A stretch of 64,000 nt of DNA from an uncultured Clostridia bacterium (GCA_947646415.1 CANSGN010000005.1:14083-78082); one strand, 5' to 3'; counted from the stretch's first letter, positions 29,205 through 38,602 are shown. The notes: a model not told the origin generated them from the sequence alone. A program made the numbers and translations.

Positions 29205-29992
29205 TTACCTAACTCCTCGGAACGATTTCTGCACTTTACCATAGCGCTGTCTATTATCTCATACAAATTGTCTTGTCTAAAACTTTCAACAGCTTGAATG
29301 GTTGTCCCGCCTTTTGAGCAAACTGCATTAATTAAATCGCAAATAGGTGTATTTTCACTTTCCACCATACCTATACTGCCTGCAAAAGTTTGAAGAACAC
29401 AAGTTTTTGCATCTTCTGCACTCATCCCCATTTTTATGCCACTTTCAATCATACCCTCGATAAACATATATACATAAGCAGGTCCGCTTCCGCTTACAGC
29501 AGTGACAGCATGGAACAATTCCTCTTCCAAGTATATTGTCTTTCCAATACTATCAAATATACTTTTTACAAAGTCTTTTTCCTCTTGCGGTATGTTGTCG
29601 TTTTTACGTATTGCGGTCATACCTTTTTTTAATTTACAAGGTGTATTTGGCATTACTCGTGTAACATTTGCATTTGGGAAATATTTTTTTATTCCGTCAT
29701 AAGTAATCCCCGCCATAATGGAAATAATATGTTTAGCTTTGCAGTAGCTGCCAATCTCTTTTGCAATTTCATTGTAAATTTGAGGCTTAACTGCAAGCAA
29801 TATATACTCACAATCATTAAGTACCTTAGTATTGTCTTTATAAGTAACCACACCGTCAATGCCTAAATCTGCAAAAGGGTCTGTAGCAATAATCTTACCT
29901 TTATCAATCAATTTGCTGTCGACTATGCCGTTTGCAATCGCTTTTGCCATATTTCCTGCACCGATTATACCTAATTTATAGTTATAATTCAT
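29201..29992 (-). CDS. proC: Pyrroline-5-carboxylate reductase
   Basis: KLGIIGAGNMAKAI Rossmann motif and a P5CR C-terminal domain. Confidence 0.9.
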   Translation of the reverse strand: MNYNYKLGIIGAGNMAKAIANGIVDSKLIDKGKIIATDPFADLGIDGVVTYKDNTKVLNDCEYILLAVKPQIYNEIAKEIGSYCKAKHIISIMAGITYDGIKKYFPNANVTRVMPNTPCKLKKGMTAIRKNDNIPQEEKDFVKSIFDSIGKTIYLEEELFHAVTAVSGSGPAYVYMFIEGMIESGIKMGMSAEDAKTCVLQTFAGSIGMVESENTPICDLINAVCSKGGTTIQAVESFRQDNLYEIIDSAMVKCRNRSEELGK

Positions 29993-30127
29993 ATTATCTC
30001 CTTTACTTACGAGTGATAAGTACTATATTTGATATTTAAAAATAATTGCCACAAGGTTTAAAATCCTTTATTTAATGTTATACTATATTGTAAAATCTAA
30101 AATTTTTGTAAAATAATCATAAAACAT

Positions 30128-30156
30128 TTGACAACGGCAAAATTTTATCATATAAT
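30128..30156 (+). promoter_or_regulatory. Consensus sigma-A promoter for tRNA-Trp
   Basis: TTGACA-N17-TATAAT, exact. The -10 element ends 11 nt before the tRNA 5' end. Confidence 0.65.
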
Positions 30157-30167
30157 GGACTAGACTT

Positions 30168-30242
30168 AGGGGAGTGGCTCAACGGTAGAGTAGTGGTCTC
30201 CAAAACCATTGGTTGCGTGTTCGAATCGCGTCTCCCCTGCCA
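30168..30242 (+). tRNA. trnW: tRNA-Trp (anticodon CCA)
   Basis: A 75-nt cloverleaf folded by hand. Acceptor AGGGGAG/CTCCCCT, anticodon loop CTCCAAA, T-loop TTCGAAT, encoded 3' CCA. Confidence 0.9.
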
Positions 30243-30279
30243 AAGTCGGTCAATGCGATTTCATTTGACCGACTTTTTT
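30243..30279 (+). terminator. Intrinsic terminator after tRNA-Trp
   Basis: AAGTCGGTCAA-N11-TTGACCGACTT followed by TTTT. Confidence 0.75.
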
Positions 30280-30455
30280 CTATTGAAAAATGTCTTGTCA
30301 TTTTCAATCGATTTCCCTCCCTATTCGGACCAAACGTGGAATTTCGCTACGCTGTATTCCATTCCGACTTTTTATAAGGATATAAATAGTCAGTCGTATT
30401 AGCTTGACTTTTTATAAAAAGTTCAAGCTAATTTACAATCGACTGCCTTTTTTAT

Positions 30456-32249
30456 TTAGTTTTGATTATTCTCGTTTTCGATAATTTCTTCGGAAGTTTC
30501 AGTATCGGCATTTGGAATCTCATTTACTCCATTTTCCTCTACTGTTTCGTTTGTATTATCTACAACTTCGTTATTTTCAGATGTTACATCGATATTGCTG
30601 TTAATTTCGTCAAAATTTGCATCTTCACTTGCTCCCTCATTAGGATTTGAGCCGATAACATTTTCCAACATATTAAGTTTACCTTGCTCACTTTCAATCT
30701 CATCTGCATTTACTGCACTTTCTTTTAATTTTTGTACAATTTCAGCGTGTTTCTTTTTGTCTAGATTATAGAACAGTAAACAAATCAACATCAATGCACT
30801 TGAACCAACTGATATCCATAGTGCGACATTTCCGTAATTTTCCGCTAATTTTACCAATTCAGGAGTAACAAAATTATTTTCGTAAACTTGACTTACAATA
30901 TAATTAGCAGGGTTAAAGCCCATAGCTTTTTGAATAACTGCAGGAATAAGTGCAGCTGCTTGAGCAACAACCGATGTCAAGGAATAAGCGAAAGCTTGAA
31001 TAAAGCCCTCCAACCTATAGCCGCAAATTGATTGTTGATAGTCTCCCATTTCCGAAAGCATAAGAGGTTGTAAACTACCTAAGCAGTTAAATAGTGATAA
31101 AAATCTTATTGCTGTAATAACATAAGGCGACCAACTACCTTGCGGGAAGTTTTGCAAGCCTATTAAAGCACAAATCAAGTTTGCCGAAAGGTTGCATACT
31201 TGCCAAAAAATCAAAATTGTTCTATTGTTGAATTTTCTTGTAAGCCATGGCAACAAAATCATATTAGGTGTAGCAGCAAAACCTACAAACAATGACAATC
31301 CACCGATAATAGCTGCAGCATCTGCCATATTTGCAGCATATTTAACCCTTGCTACAAATTCCCAACTTAAATCTATTGTATTTCTTAGACAACCTAAACA
31401 TAAAGCAATAGTAAAAATCATAAGCGGCTTGTTTTTGACAATCATCTTCAAGCCTTGCCATGTAGTTATCTTTTCTTTTTTATTTTCCTCTTCGGTAATA
31501 AATACTCTTTCTTTAACTCCGATTAAGGCAATTACTAACATTGTTCCAAGCACACCGCAACAAATAGCGTAAATTCTACCTGCCCAAATATCGCCAACAT
31601 ACCTTGCAATTACGCCGTTTAGCGCATTCATAACTGTTGGTGCAAAGCCCATAACCAAACCTATAGGAGACCAAATATCTGCTCTTTCTTGTTGATTTGG
31701 AGAGAATACGCCTGGGAACATGTTAAATGAGTTATACCACAAATTCCAAAGCAATAACGCAGGTGTACAAGTCATGTACATATAAATCGTACGTGATGTA
31801 ACATCCAAAGACTGTGGTGACCATAGTGCCATAATACCCAATGCTGATACAATAGGTGCCAAGAACATTATGTAAGGCTTATATCTACCAAACTTAGTAT
31901 TGGTACGTTGAATCATTCTGCCGTAAAACGGCGTTAAAATTAAAGCCAAAACACTTGATAACAAGTACATAAGTGTGGCATGCAATGTACCGGATGTACC
32001 CATATCGTAAATTACCGGTATTTTGGTAATTGTAAGATAAATGCTTAGGGCATTGTAAATCATACTTACGCCAAAGCTGGAAACACCTAGACTAAGTATT
32101 TCTCTTAAATTCAAAAACCTACCTTTTGGAGGTTCTTTCCAAAATCGCTTTAGGTTTCCGCCTAAGGCAACTACACGTTTCGCAAATTCTTTTTCACTGA
32201 ATTTGCTTGAATTTTCGCCGTTAGGCTTTTGCTTGTCTTTCTTTTTCAT
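30456..32249 (-). CDS. MFS/GPH-family (glycoside-pentoside-hexuronide:cation symporter-like) transporter with ~80-aa acidic tail
   Basis: 597 aa with ~12 TM helices. The C-terminus is rich in E, N and D. Substrate unknown. Confidence 0.7.
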   Translation of the reverse strand: MKKKDKQKPNGENSSKFSEKEFAKRVVALGGNLKRFWKEPPKGRFLNLREILSLGVSSFGVSMIYNALSIYLTITKIPVIYDMGTSGTLHATLMYLLSSVLALILTPFYGRMIQRTNTKFGRYKPYIMFLAPIVSALGIMALWSPQSLDVTSRTIYMYMTCTPALLLWNLWYNSFNMFPGVFSPNQQERADIWSPIGLVMGFAPTVMNALNGVIARYVGDIWAGRIYAICCGVLGTMLVIALIGVKERVFITEEENKKEKITTWQGLKMIVKNKPLMIFTIALCLGCLRNTIDLSWEFVARVKYAANMADAAAIIGGLSLFVGFAATPNMILLPWLTRKFNNRTILIFWQVCNLSANLICALIGLQNFPQGSWSPYVITAIRFLSLFNCLGSLQPLMLSEMGDYQQSICGYRLEGFIQAFAYSLTSVVAQAAALIPAVIQKAMGFNPANYIVSQVYENNFVTPELVKLAENYGNVALWISVGSSALMLICLLFYNLDKKKHAEIVQKLKESAVNADEIESEQGKLNMLENVIGSNPNEGASEDANFDEINSNIDVTSENNEVVDNTNETVEENGVNEIPNADTETSEEIIENENNQN

Positions 32250-32280
32250 AACTTCTCCTCTATCTTATTTTATTATATTT

Positions 32281-32829
32281 TTATTTTTCTAAAATTACTG
32301 TCAAAAATGTACTTTCCCCTTGCATTGAAACTTGAGCATGAGGAATGTTAGGGTCAAAATAAATGCAATCTCCTGCACGTAGATAATACTCTTTATTACC
32401 GATAAGTACTCTTAGTTTTCCGCTTAGTACATAGTTAAATTCTTGTCCTGTATGTTTTACAAGTTCGGGAGCTATGCCCTCGCTTATTGTTACAAGCATT
32501 GGTTCCATCTCACGATTAAAAAATTTATGTGCAAGACTGCTAAAGCTATAGCCGTCATATCTTTCGATTTCCAAACCTTGTCCCGCATAGCATATTGCAA
32601 CTTCTTTGCTGTCGCTATTTTGTCCGGTAAGCAATACTGTAGGGTCTATTTCCAATGCCGCAGCAATATTGTACATAGTTCCTATAGGAATATCAACTAC
32701 ACCATCCTCAATGTTTTTATAGTCTTCGACAGTCACATTTACTTTAGAGGCAAACTCTTCCAATGTATAGTCGGAAAATTCTCTTAAATCTTTTATTCTT
32801 GCCGCAATATCTTTAATTTTTTTATCCAT
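32281..32829 (-). CDS. XRE-family HTH regulator with C-terminal cupin domain
   Basis: 182 aa. N-terminal HTH_3 (LREFSDYTLEEFASKVNVT) and a cupin (GQEFNYVLSGKL...YFDPNIPH). Confidence 0.85.
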   Translation of the reverse strand: MDKKIKDIAARIKDLREFSDYTLEEFASKVNVTVEDYKNIEDGVVDIPIGTMYNIAAALEIDPTVLLTGQNSDSKEVAICYAGQGLEIERYDGYSFSSLAHKFFNREMEPMLVTISEGIAPELVKHTGQEFNYVLSGKLRVLIGNKEYYLRAGDCIYFDPNIPHAQVSMQGESTFLTVILEK

Positions 32830-33039
32830 AAATTACTCCTTATTAAAAAATTGCACATTAATGCTTATATTATAATATAAAAAAATTTTTTTTTCAAGTA
32901 TTTTATTTAATATTTCAATTAAAATTTTTTTATTTTAATCTATCAACATATATTCATATTTAATCTAAAAAAATATCGTTTTATTATTAAGAAACTATGT
33001 TAAATATATTAAATTTGTCAAACACAGATATTCAAAGAT

Positions 33040-33074
33040 AAAAAAATACCTACCACATTAAGTGATAGGTATTT
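33040..33074 (-). terminator. Intrinsic terminator after the S41 peptidase gene
   Basis: Minus strand AATACCTATCAC-ttaat-GTGGTAGGTATT followed by TTTTT. Confidence 0.7.
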
Positions 33075-33080
33075 AATTAT

Positions 33081-34478
33081 TTAAGCTAAAACGGACATTG
33101 CCATTTCTACAGCAGCCTCTTTTGTCAAATCGTTATTGTAATATTTTGTATACAATTTTATATTATTTTCATCTTCAGCCGTAAAATCAATTAAATCGGC
33201 AAATTTGCCTATTGTATATTTATCGCTACTTGGCATCATAGACCTGCCGTGGAAAGTTTCCCAATTATTTGCGCCGACAGGAACATAAAAATATCCAACT
33301 GTCATACTTAACACATACTCTTTAGTAGTTGTAAGGTCAAATGTCTGTTGAGCAATTCCTTTGCCGTAAGTCGGAGAACCTATTATCGTAGCCTCAGGAC
33401 AATAATATTTAATTGCACCAAGCAAAGCCTCGCTTGCACTTGCAGAATTTTCATTTATCAAAACAGCCAATTTGTAATTAGGTATTTTTTTACCTGCACT
33501 ATCTAATCCTAACCAATTATTACCTGTTGCAGTATATGTCGTAACTTTTTGTGTTTTGTTAGACTTAAGTTTAATTACACCCAAGCCGTTTGAATTGCCC
33601 TCGTCATTGTGTATTAAATAGCTAGCAATCACGGATAAAATATTTGTTGAGCCACCGCCATTATCACGCAAATCAAGTATCAACCTACTATTTCCGTTTC
33701 TTTTAAATAACTCTGCACACTCTACAAAATCCTCGTCAGCACTACCCGTAAAAGAATTAAGCTTAATATATCCAATACCATTGCCCATATCCTTATAGCT
33801 TGCTTCTTTAGTTAAAAACAATGATTTTCTTAATGTAAAATGAGCCTCTTTTCCGTTTGATTTTCGGACAACTAAGTCAATAGCATCTGTTAGAGTAGCT
33901 TTTCCGAAAAATTCCTCGCCATTCAAAGCATCGGTGGTAAGCCCCTCCACAGATTTACCGCCAACAGATACCAAAATATCACCTCTCTCCAAACTAACAG
34001 GAGAACTCTGACCGGAAATCAATCCTTTTGCACTTTCTGCGGGCGTTGGTTTTGAAGTATCTGCAGAATGACTTATTGCACTAATAATATGGTTATTGTA
34101 AGAATCGCTTTTTATTGAAATACCAAATTGCAATGCAGGAATAACACTTGTATAAGACAAACCGCTGTATTTGTCCATTGTACTTGATAGTCCTATTGCC
34201 GCCCATTTGTTAAAATCTTCTTTGGATATATCTTGATAGTAATATTCTTTAATTAGTGAATATACTTCATTCGCAATGGCCAAATCGTCTTTGAAGTTAG
34301 AGAGTCTTTCTGCATTTCTTCCTGCAAAATAACAACCGAGACAGCCTCCGATTACTATTAATAAAGATAATATCGCAACTATTACAACAGTAACAATTTT
34401 TACAGTATCTTTTTTCATCCTATATGGCGAATTATTATCTACATTATGTGGATTAGTACTATTTGAATTGTTAAACAT
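33081..34478 (-). CDS. S41 family C-terminal processing peptidase, membrane-anchored
   Basis: N-terminal TM helix, PDZ (GDILVSVGGKSVEGL), LILDLRDNGGGS, catalytic NSASASE and YGKG motifs. Confidence 0.85.
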   Translation of the reverse strand: MFNNSNSTNPHNVDNNSPYRMKKDTVKIVTVVIVAILSLLIVIGGCLGCYFAGRNAERLSNFKDDLAIANEVYSLIKEYYYQDISKEDFNKWAAIGLSSTMDKYSGLSYTSVIPALQFGISIKSDSYNNHIISAISHSADTSKPTPAESAKGLISGQSSPVSLERGDILVSVGGKSVEGLTTDALNGEEFFGKATLTDAIDLVVRKSNGKEAHFTLRKSLFLTKEASYKDMGNGIGYIKLNSFTGSADEDFVECAELFKRNGNSRLILDLRDNGGGSTNILSVIASYLIHNDEGNSNGLGVIKLKSNKTQKVTTYTATGNNWLGLDSAGKKIPNYKLAVLINENSASASEALLGAIKYYCPEATIIGSPTYGKGIAQQTFDLTTTKEYVLSMTVGYFYVPVGANNWETFHGRSMMPSSDKYTIGKFADLIDFTAEDENNIKLYTKYYNNDLTKEAAVEMAMSVLA

Positions 34479-34487
34479 TTTACCTCC

Positions 34488-35540
34488 TTAAGTGGATATC
34501 CTTCTTTCCGACTCAAAATCATATAAAATTCCGTCACTAATATTAAAGCTAAAAATCAATTTATCCCCCTCCTTGTAAGGACGGTCTAAGTAAATTGTCG
34601 CAATATCAGAGTTTATATCCAAATACGCAATATTATACTTGTTAATATAATAAATTTCAGCACTTATTACTACTTGTTTACAGTTATCAAAAGATATTTT
34701 ATCTGTTGTTAAGGCAAGTAATCCTTTGTCAAAAATTTCACTTTTTAGTTTAAGGTTATTTGCAAATTCATTATCTTTAACATATATTTTTTCACTGTCA
34801 AACGATATAGGAATAGAGGAAATTCTTTTGTTGTTAACAAATTTATATCCTGCTAAAGTATTTACAAAAATCTCTTTGTTGTGGATATCTCCCAACATAA
34901 CCGCTGTGCTATAAGCAAGCAATAATACATTTTCAAAGCTGAAATTTAATGCTATATCATAATTTGAAAAAGCAAAAACAACTGTCTTATCTGCGATTAA
35001 TTTTTTTATTTTATCACTAACCATTTGCTGTTCGATTAAAGATAAATTATCAAAAATATCATCAATCAAATACAAATCTCTATCGCAAATAAATAGCCTT
35101 GCAACAGCAACCAAAGTTTTTTGATATTGCGAAAGGCTTTTTACTTTTTTTGATAGCAAATCGGAAATCTCAAGTAAATTACAAATCGCAACAAGTTTTT
35201 CGGCAATATCATTATTGTCAACTTTTCGCAATTTTAACGGATATGTTATAATATCTTTTACCTTTTTAAATTTAGCAAGCTGCAACGATTTATCCAAAAA
35301 ACCGGTATTTCTACCCTGTATTTTACAATTATTAATACATTTTCCGTTTAAAATTATTTCGCCGCTTGTTGCACTCTCTAATCCGGCAATTATACTTAAA
35401 AGTGTAGTTTTTCCACTTGCATAACCGCCTAAGATGGCAAACTTACCGCCTTTACTTACTTCAAAAGAAATATCGTTTATTGCGTTATATCCGCCTATAT
35501 ATGTTTTGGAAAGATTTTTTATTGCAAGACAGTTATTCAT
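34488..35540 (-). CDS. MalK/UgpC-like ABC ATPase homolog with degenerate catalytic motifs; no permease partner nearby
   Basis: 350 aa. Walker A GGYASGKT, signature LSQYQ (instead of LSGGQ), Walker B LYLIDD (instead of ...DE), Asn at the H-loop position, and a C-terminal OB/TOBE-like region. Confidence 0.7.
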   Translation of the reverse strand: MNNCLAIKNLSKTYIGGYNAINDISFEVSKGGKFAILGGYASGKTTLLSIIAGLESATSGEIILNGKCINNCKIQGRNTGFLDKSLQLAKFKKVKDIITYPLKLRKVDNNDIAEKLVAICNLLEISDLLSKKVKSLSQYQKTLVAVARLFICDRDLYLIDDIFDNLSLIEQQMVSDKIKKLIADKTVVFAFSNYDIALNFSFENVLLLAYSTAVMLGDIHNKEIFVNTLAGYKFVNNKRISSIPISFDSEKIYVKDNEFANNLKLKSEIFDKGLLALTTDKISFDNCKQVVISAEIYYINKYNIAYLDINSDIATIYLDRPYKEGDKLIFSFNISDGILYDFESERRIST

Positions 35541-35541
35541 A

Positions 35542-36516
35542 TTACAATAAATTTTTCCTTAATTCCGCACCACTTTTTGAAGATAAATATGAAATAGGTA
35601 CATCGAAAACAGTTACCGCACCTGCTTTTCCCTCTTTTGCAAGTTTTGCGATTGCCCTTGCATAAGCAGTAAGTACACTTGACGTAAATTCCGGATTGCT
35701 ATCCAATTTAATAGAAAGTTCCAAAACATGTTTATGACAATCTGTAGTCTCGCCCGAGCGAATAACAAATCCTCCGTGAGGCATTTTACCATGGTCTCTT
35801 TTTAGTTCTTCTTCACTTATAAAGTGAACAACGGTATCGTAATCTGCAAAATAATTAGGCATATTTTTTATTTCGCTTTCGATTTGAGCCTTATCCGCAC
35901 CATCTTGAGCAACTACATAACATTCTCTTAAATGCTTTTCACGAGCTGTCAAATTTGGATTTTCTGCATTTCTAACCATTTGTAAAGCTTGTTCTTTAGG
36001 TATTGTATATTGTATACCTGCTTTTACTCCCTTAACTCTTCTTATTGCATCGCTGTGACCTTGCGAAACACCTTTACCCCAAAAAGTATAGTCGTTACCT
36101 TGAGGAAGTATTGCACCAAACAACATTCTTGCTATAGAAAACAAGCCCGGGTCCCAACCTACGGAAATTATACCCAATTTGCCGCTTTCTTTTGCAGCTT
36201 TATCCATTTCGGCAAAATATTCCGGTATTCTTGCATGTGTGTCAAAGGAATCCACTGTGTTAAAATGCTTAACCATTTGAACACCTTGCACAGGCAAATC
36301 TGTTGCAGAGCCTCCGCATAAAATTAAAACATCGATTTTATCTTTATATTCTTCAATTTTATTTACGTTGATACATTTTAAACCTTTATCTGTAACTACA
36401 TTGTCACGTCTTGTAAACACAGCTACAAGTTCCATATCGTTTTGTTGTCCGACAGCAAGTTCTACGCCTCTGCCAAGGTTGCCGTATCCCAAAATACCTA
36501 CTTTAATTTTATCCAT
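35542..36516 (-). CDS. ddh: meso-Diaminopimelate D-dehydrogenase
   Basis: 324 aa. KVGILGYGNLGRGVE...GWDPGLFS...GVSQGHSDA...MPHGGFV parallels Corynebacterium Ddh. Confidence 0.85.
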   Translation of the reverse strand: MDKIKVGILGYGNLGRGVELAVGQQNDMELVAVFTRRDNVVTDKGLKCINVNKIEEYKDKIDVLILCGGSATDLPVQGVQMVKHFNTVDSFDTHARIPEYFAEMDKAAKESGKLGIISVGWDPGLFSIARMLFGAILPQGNDYTFWGKGVSQGHSDAIRRVKGVKAGIQYTIPKEQALQMVRNAENPNLTAREKHLRECYVVAQDGADKAQIESEIKNMPNYFADYDTVVHFISEEELKRDHGKMPHGGFVIRSGETTDCHKHVLELSIKLDSNPEFTSSVLTAYARAIAKLAKEGKAGAVTVFDVPISYLSSKSGAELRKNLL

Positions 36517-36532
36517 TTTTATACTCCTTATA

Positions 36533-37747
36533 TCAATTACTCTCCGATTGCAAAGATTTAATAAGCGCTCTGTGAGTATTTAAAATCATTGTATTTATAT
36601 ACCTTATATCACTAAGTAACCTGTCATTTTTACTGCCCTCGGCAGTCAAATTATCCAATGCTCCAATCATTGAAGAAATTTGCATTCTTACTTTTTGAAC
36701 ATATTTATCGTTTATTTTATTATTTACGCTTGACTCGTAGTCTATCAACATATTTGATATTTGACTTTTTAGCATTGCTATATCTTCACGTGCAGAGGTA
36801 TAGTCAATTTCCTGTTTTTCCAAACTAACCGCCGTATTATATAGTGATTTATACATAATATCTTGATATTTCAAAACATTTTTCGTAGCATTTCTTACTG
36901 AAGTCGGCAACAAATGATAGTCTATATCTTCAATTTTAAAAAGATAAATATTGGTTACATAACCTGCCAAATTCAAATTGGTTGAAACACTTTCTGCATC
37001 TTTTTCAGTGCTGTATACTTCGGCTATAACTCTGTACAAATCGTCATGTACTACATATCCGCTGCCACCGCTTGCTCTTATTTCTTCGGATGTTATCCTA
37101 GCGGAATCAACATCGTTAAAAGTCGCAATTTCCACCGCATAATAATAAGCAGTTACATCCCCTTTGAACAATTTAGTGACAACGCTGTCAATCAAATATC
37201 CGTTAGACAGAACATCTGCAATCAAAAAGCATGATACAAATGCAAAAATAATAACAAACAATACAATAGCAAACTTCCTGCCTTTGGAGCGTTTAGGTTT
37301 GTTTTTTCCTCTTTTTTTAGGTGTGCATTTATCACATTCACTTTCAGCGATTCTTTGTTTTTCTGCGGCAATAACCGCTTTTTGAATATTTTTATTTTTT
37401 TCGATACCTTTAAGTGCAACCTGCAAAGTAAACGGCTCACATCTGTCACACGACATATTTTTATGTCTTACAACTTCGGTTTTAACTGTTGGTAATGTCA
37501 TATCCGCATTACTACTACGATTAAAACTTATGTAATCGCTTGTAACGGCAAGGTTGTCTTTGCCCTTATAGCTGCTGTTTCCGTCCCTCTCGATATCTAC
37601 ATCATTATAATGAGATTGTACGGCGTCAGTATCGTCTACACCGACAACTTCAACCTCTACATTATTGTTTTTCGGTTTTTTCTTATTAAAGAAATTGCTT
37701 AAGTAAAAATCCTCATAATGAGTTTCAGTCATATCAAAATCCGCCAT
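36533..37747 (-). CDS. SPOR-domain membrane protein
   Basis: Basic stretch, one TM helix, a SPOR-like segment (YYAVEIATFNDVDSAR...YRVIAEVYSTEKDAES), and a helical C-terminus. Trimmed from TTG 37765 to ATG 37747 (SD AGGAGA). Confidence 0.55.
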   Translation of the reverse strand: MADFDMTETHYEDFYLSNFFNKKKPKNNNVEVEVVGVDDTDAVQSHYNDVDIERDGNSSYKGKDNLAVTSDYISFNRSSNADMTLPTVKTEVVRHKNMSCDRCEPFTLQVALKGIEKNKNIQKAVIAAEKQRIAESECDKCTPKKRGKNKPKRSKGRKFAIVLFVIIFAFVSCFLIADVLSNGYLIDSVVTKLFKGDVTAYYYAVEIATFNDVDSARITSEEIRASGGSGYVVHDDLYRVIAEVYSTEKDAESVSTNLNLAGYVTNIYLFKIEDIDYHLLPTSVRNATKNVLKYQDIMYKSLYNTAVSLEKQEIDYTSAREDIAMLKSQISNMLIDYESSVNNKINDKYVQKVRMQISSMIGALDNLTAEGSKNDRLLSDIRYINTMILNTHRALIKSLQSESN

Positions 37748-37870
37748 AATTCTCCTAAAAAACAATCATATTTGCTTTATTAAAGATTATGTAATGAATT
37801 TTTAAATAATACTTATTATGATATTTTTAGGACAACCACTGCAAATTTTAGGACAAGCAATTAAGATTTT

Positions 37871-38326
37871 TTACTTTAAATCGGCAAATTTTTCTACCTT
37901 AACTCCTGCCTCGTTAAACATTTTTATACTAAACTCGTCAGGATATCCCTCATCAAATACAACTCGAGTTATGCCTGAATTGATAATCATTTTAGCACAT
38001 ATCGAGCAAGGTTGATGAGTGCAATACAAAGTTGCGCCTTGTACACTTACTCCAAGTTTTGCAGCTTGAATAATAGCGTTTTGCTCCGCATGTACAGCAT
38101 AGCAAATTTCGTGTCTTGTACCGCTTGGAATATTCATTTGCTCCCTCAAGCAAAAACCTCTGTCCACACAGCTTGAAATTCCGCTGCCTGCACCATTATA
38201 TCCTGTAGTTAAAATTCTTTTGTCTTTTACGATAACGGCTCCGACTTTCCTGTTAACTTTATAGCAACTTGACCAAGTTGATACAAGTTTAGCCATCCCC
38301 ATCATTCTTTCATCCCATTTGTTCAT
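37871..38326 (-). CDS. comEB: dCMP deaminase (ComEB type)
   Basis: HAEQNAI...PCSICAKMI zinc-deaminase motifs. Confidence 0.9.
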   Translation of the reverse strand: MNKWDERMMGMAKLVSTWSSCYKVNRKVGAVIVKDKRILTTGYNGAGSGISSCVDRGFCLREQMNIPSGTRHEICYAVHAEQNAIIQAAKLGVSVQGATLYCTHQPCSICAKMIINSGITRVVFDEGYPDEFSIKMFNEAGVKVEKFADLK

Positions 38327-38602
38327 AACAACCCCCCAAAAGTTTTAATATTAATTACCCTTACATTTTACACCAAAACCCTAAAAATATCAATCATTTT
38401 CAATTTTTTTGTTATTAATTTTATTTTGAACAAATATATAAATATATAATAACAATTTTTATTTTTCATTTTAATAAATACATATTTCCAAATAAATTTG
38501 TCGATAATAAGTAAAATATGTAAAAATAATTTTGATTTTTACACACCCTCCCCCTCAAATTACCAAAATTTGTAATTTCTTTGAAAAATTGTCATTTTCT
38601 AC

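Noticed and set aside
30193-30402. A 69-aa plus-strand ORF downstream of proC.
   Set aside because: It starts inside the tRNA-Trp gene and reads through that gene's terminator. The tRNA cloverleaf explains the sequence.
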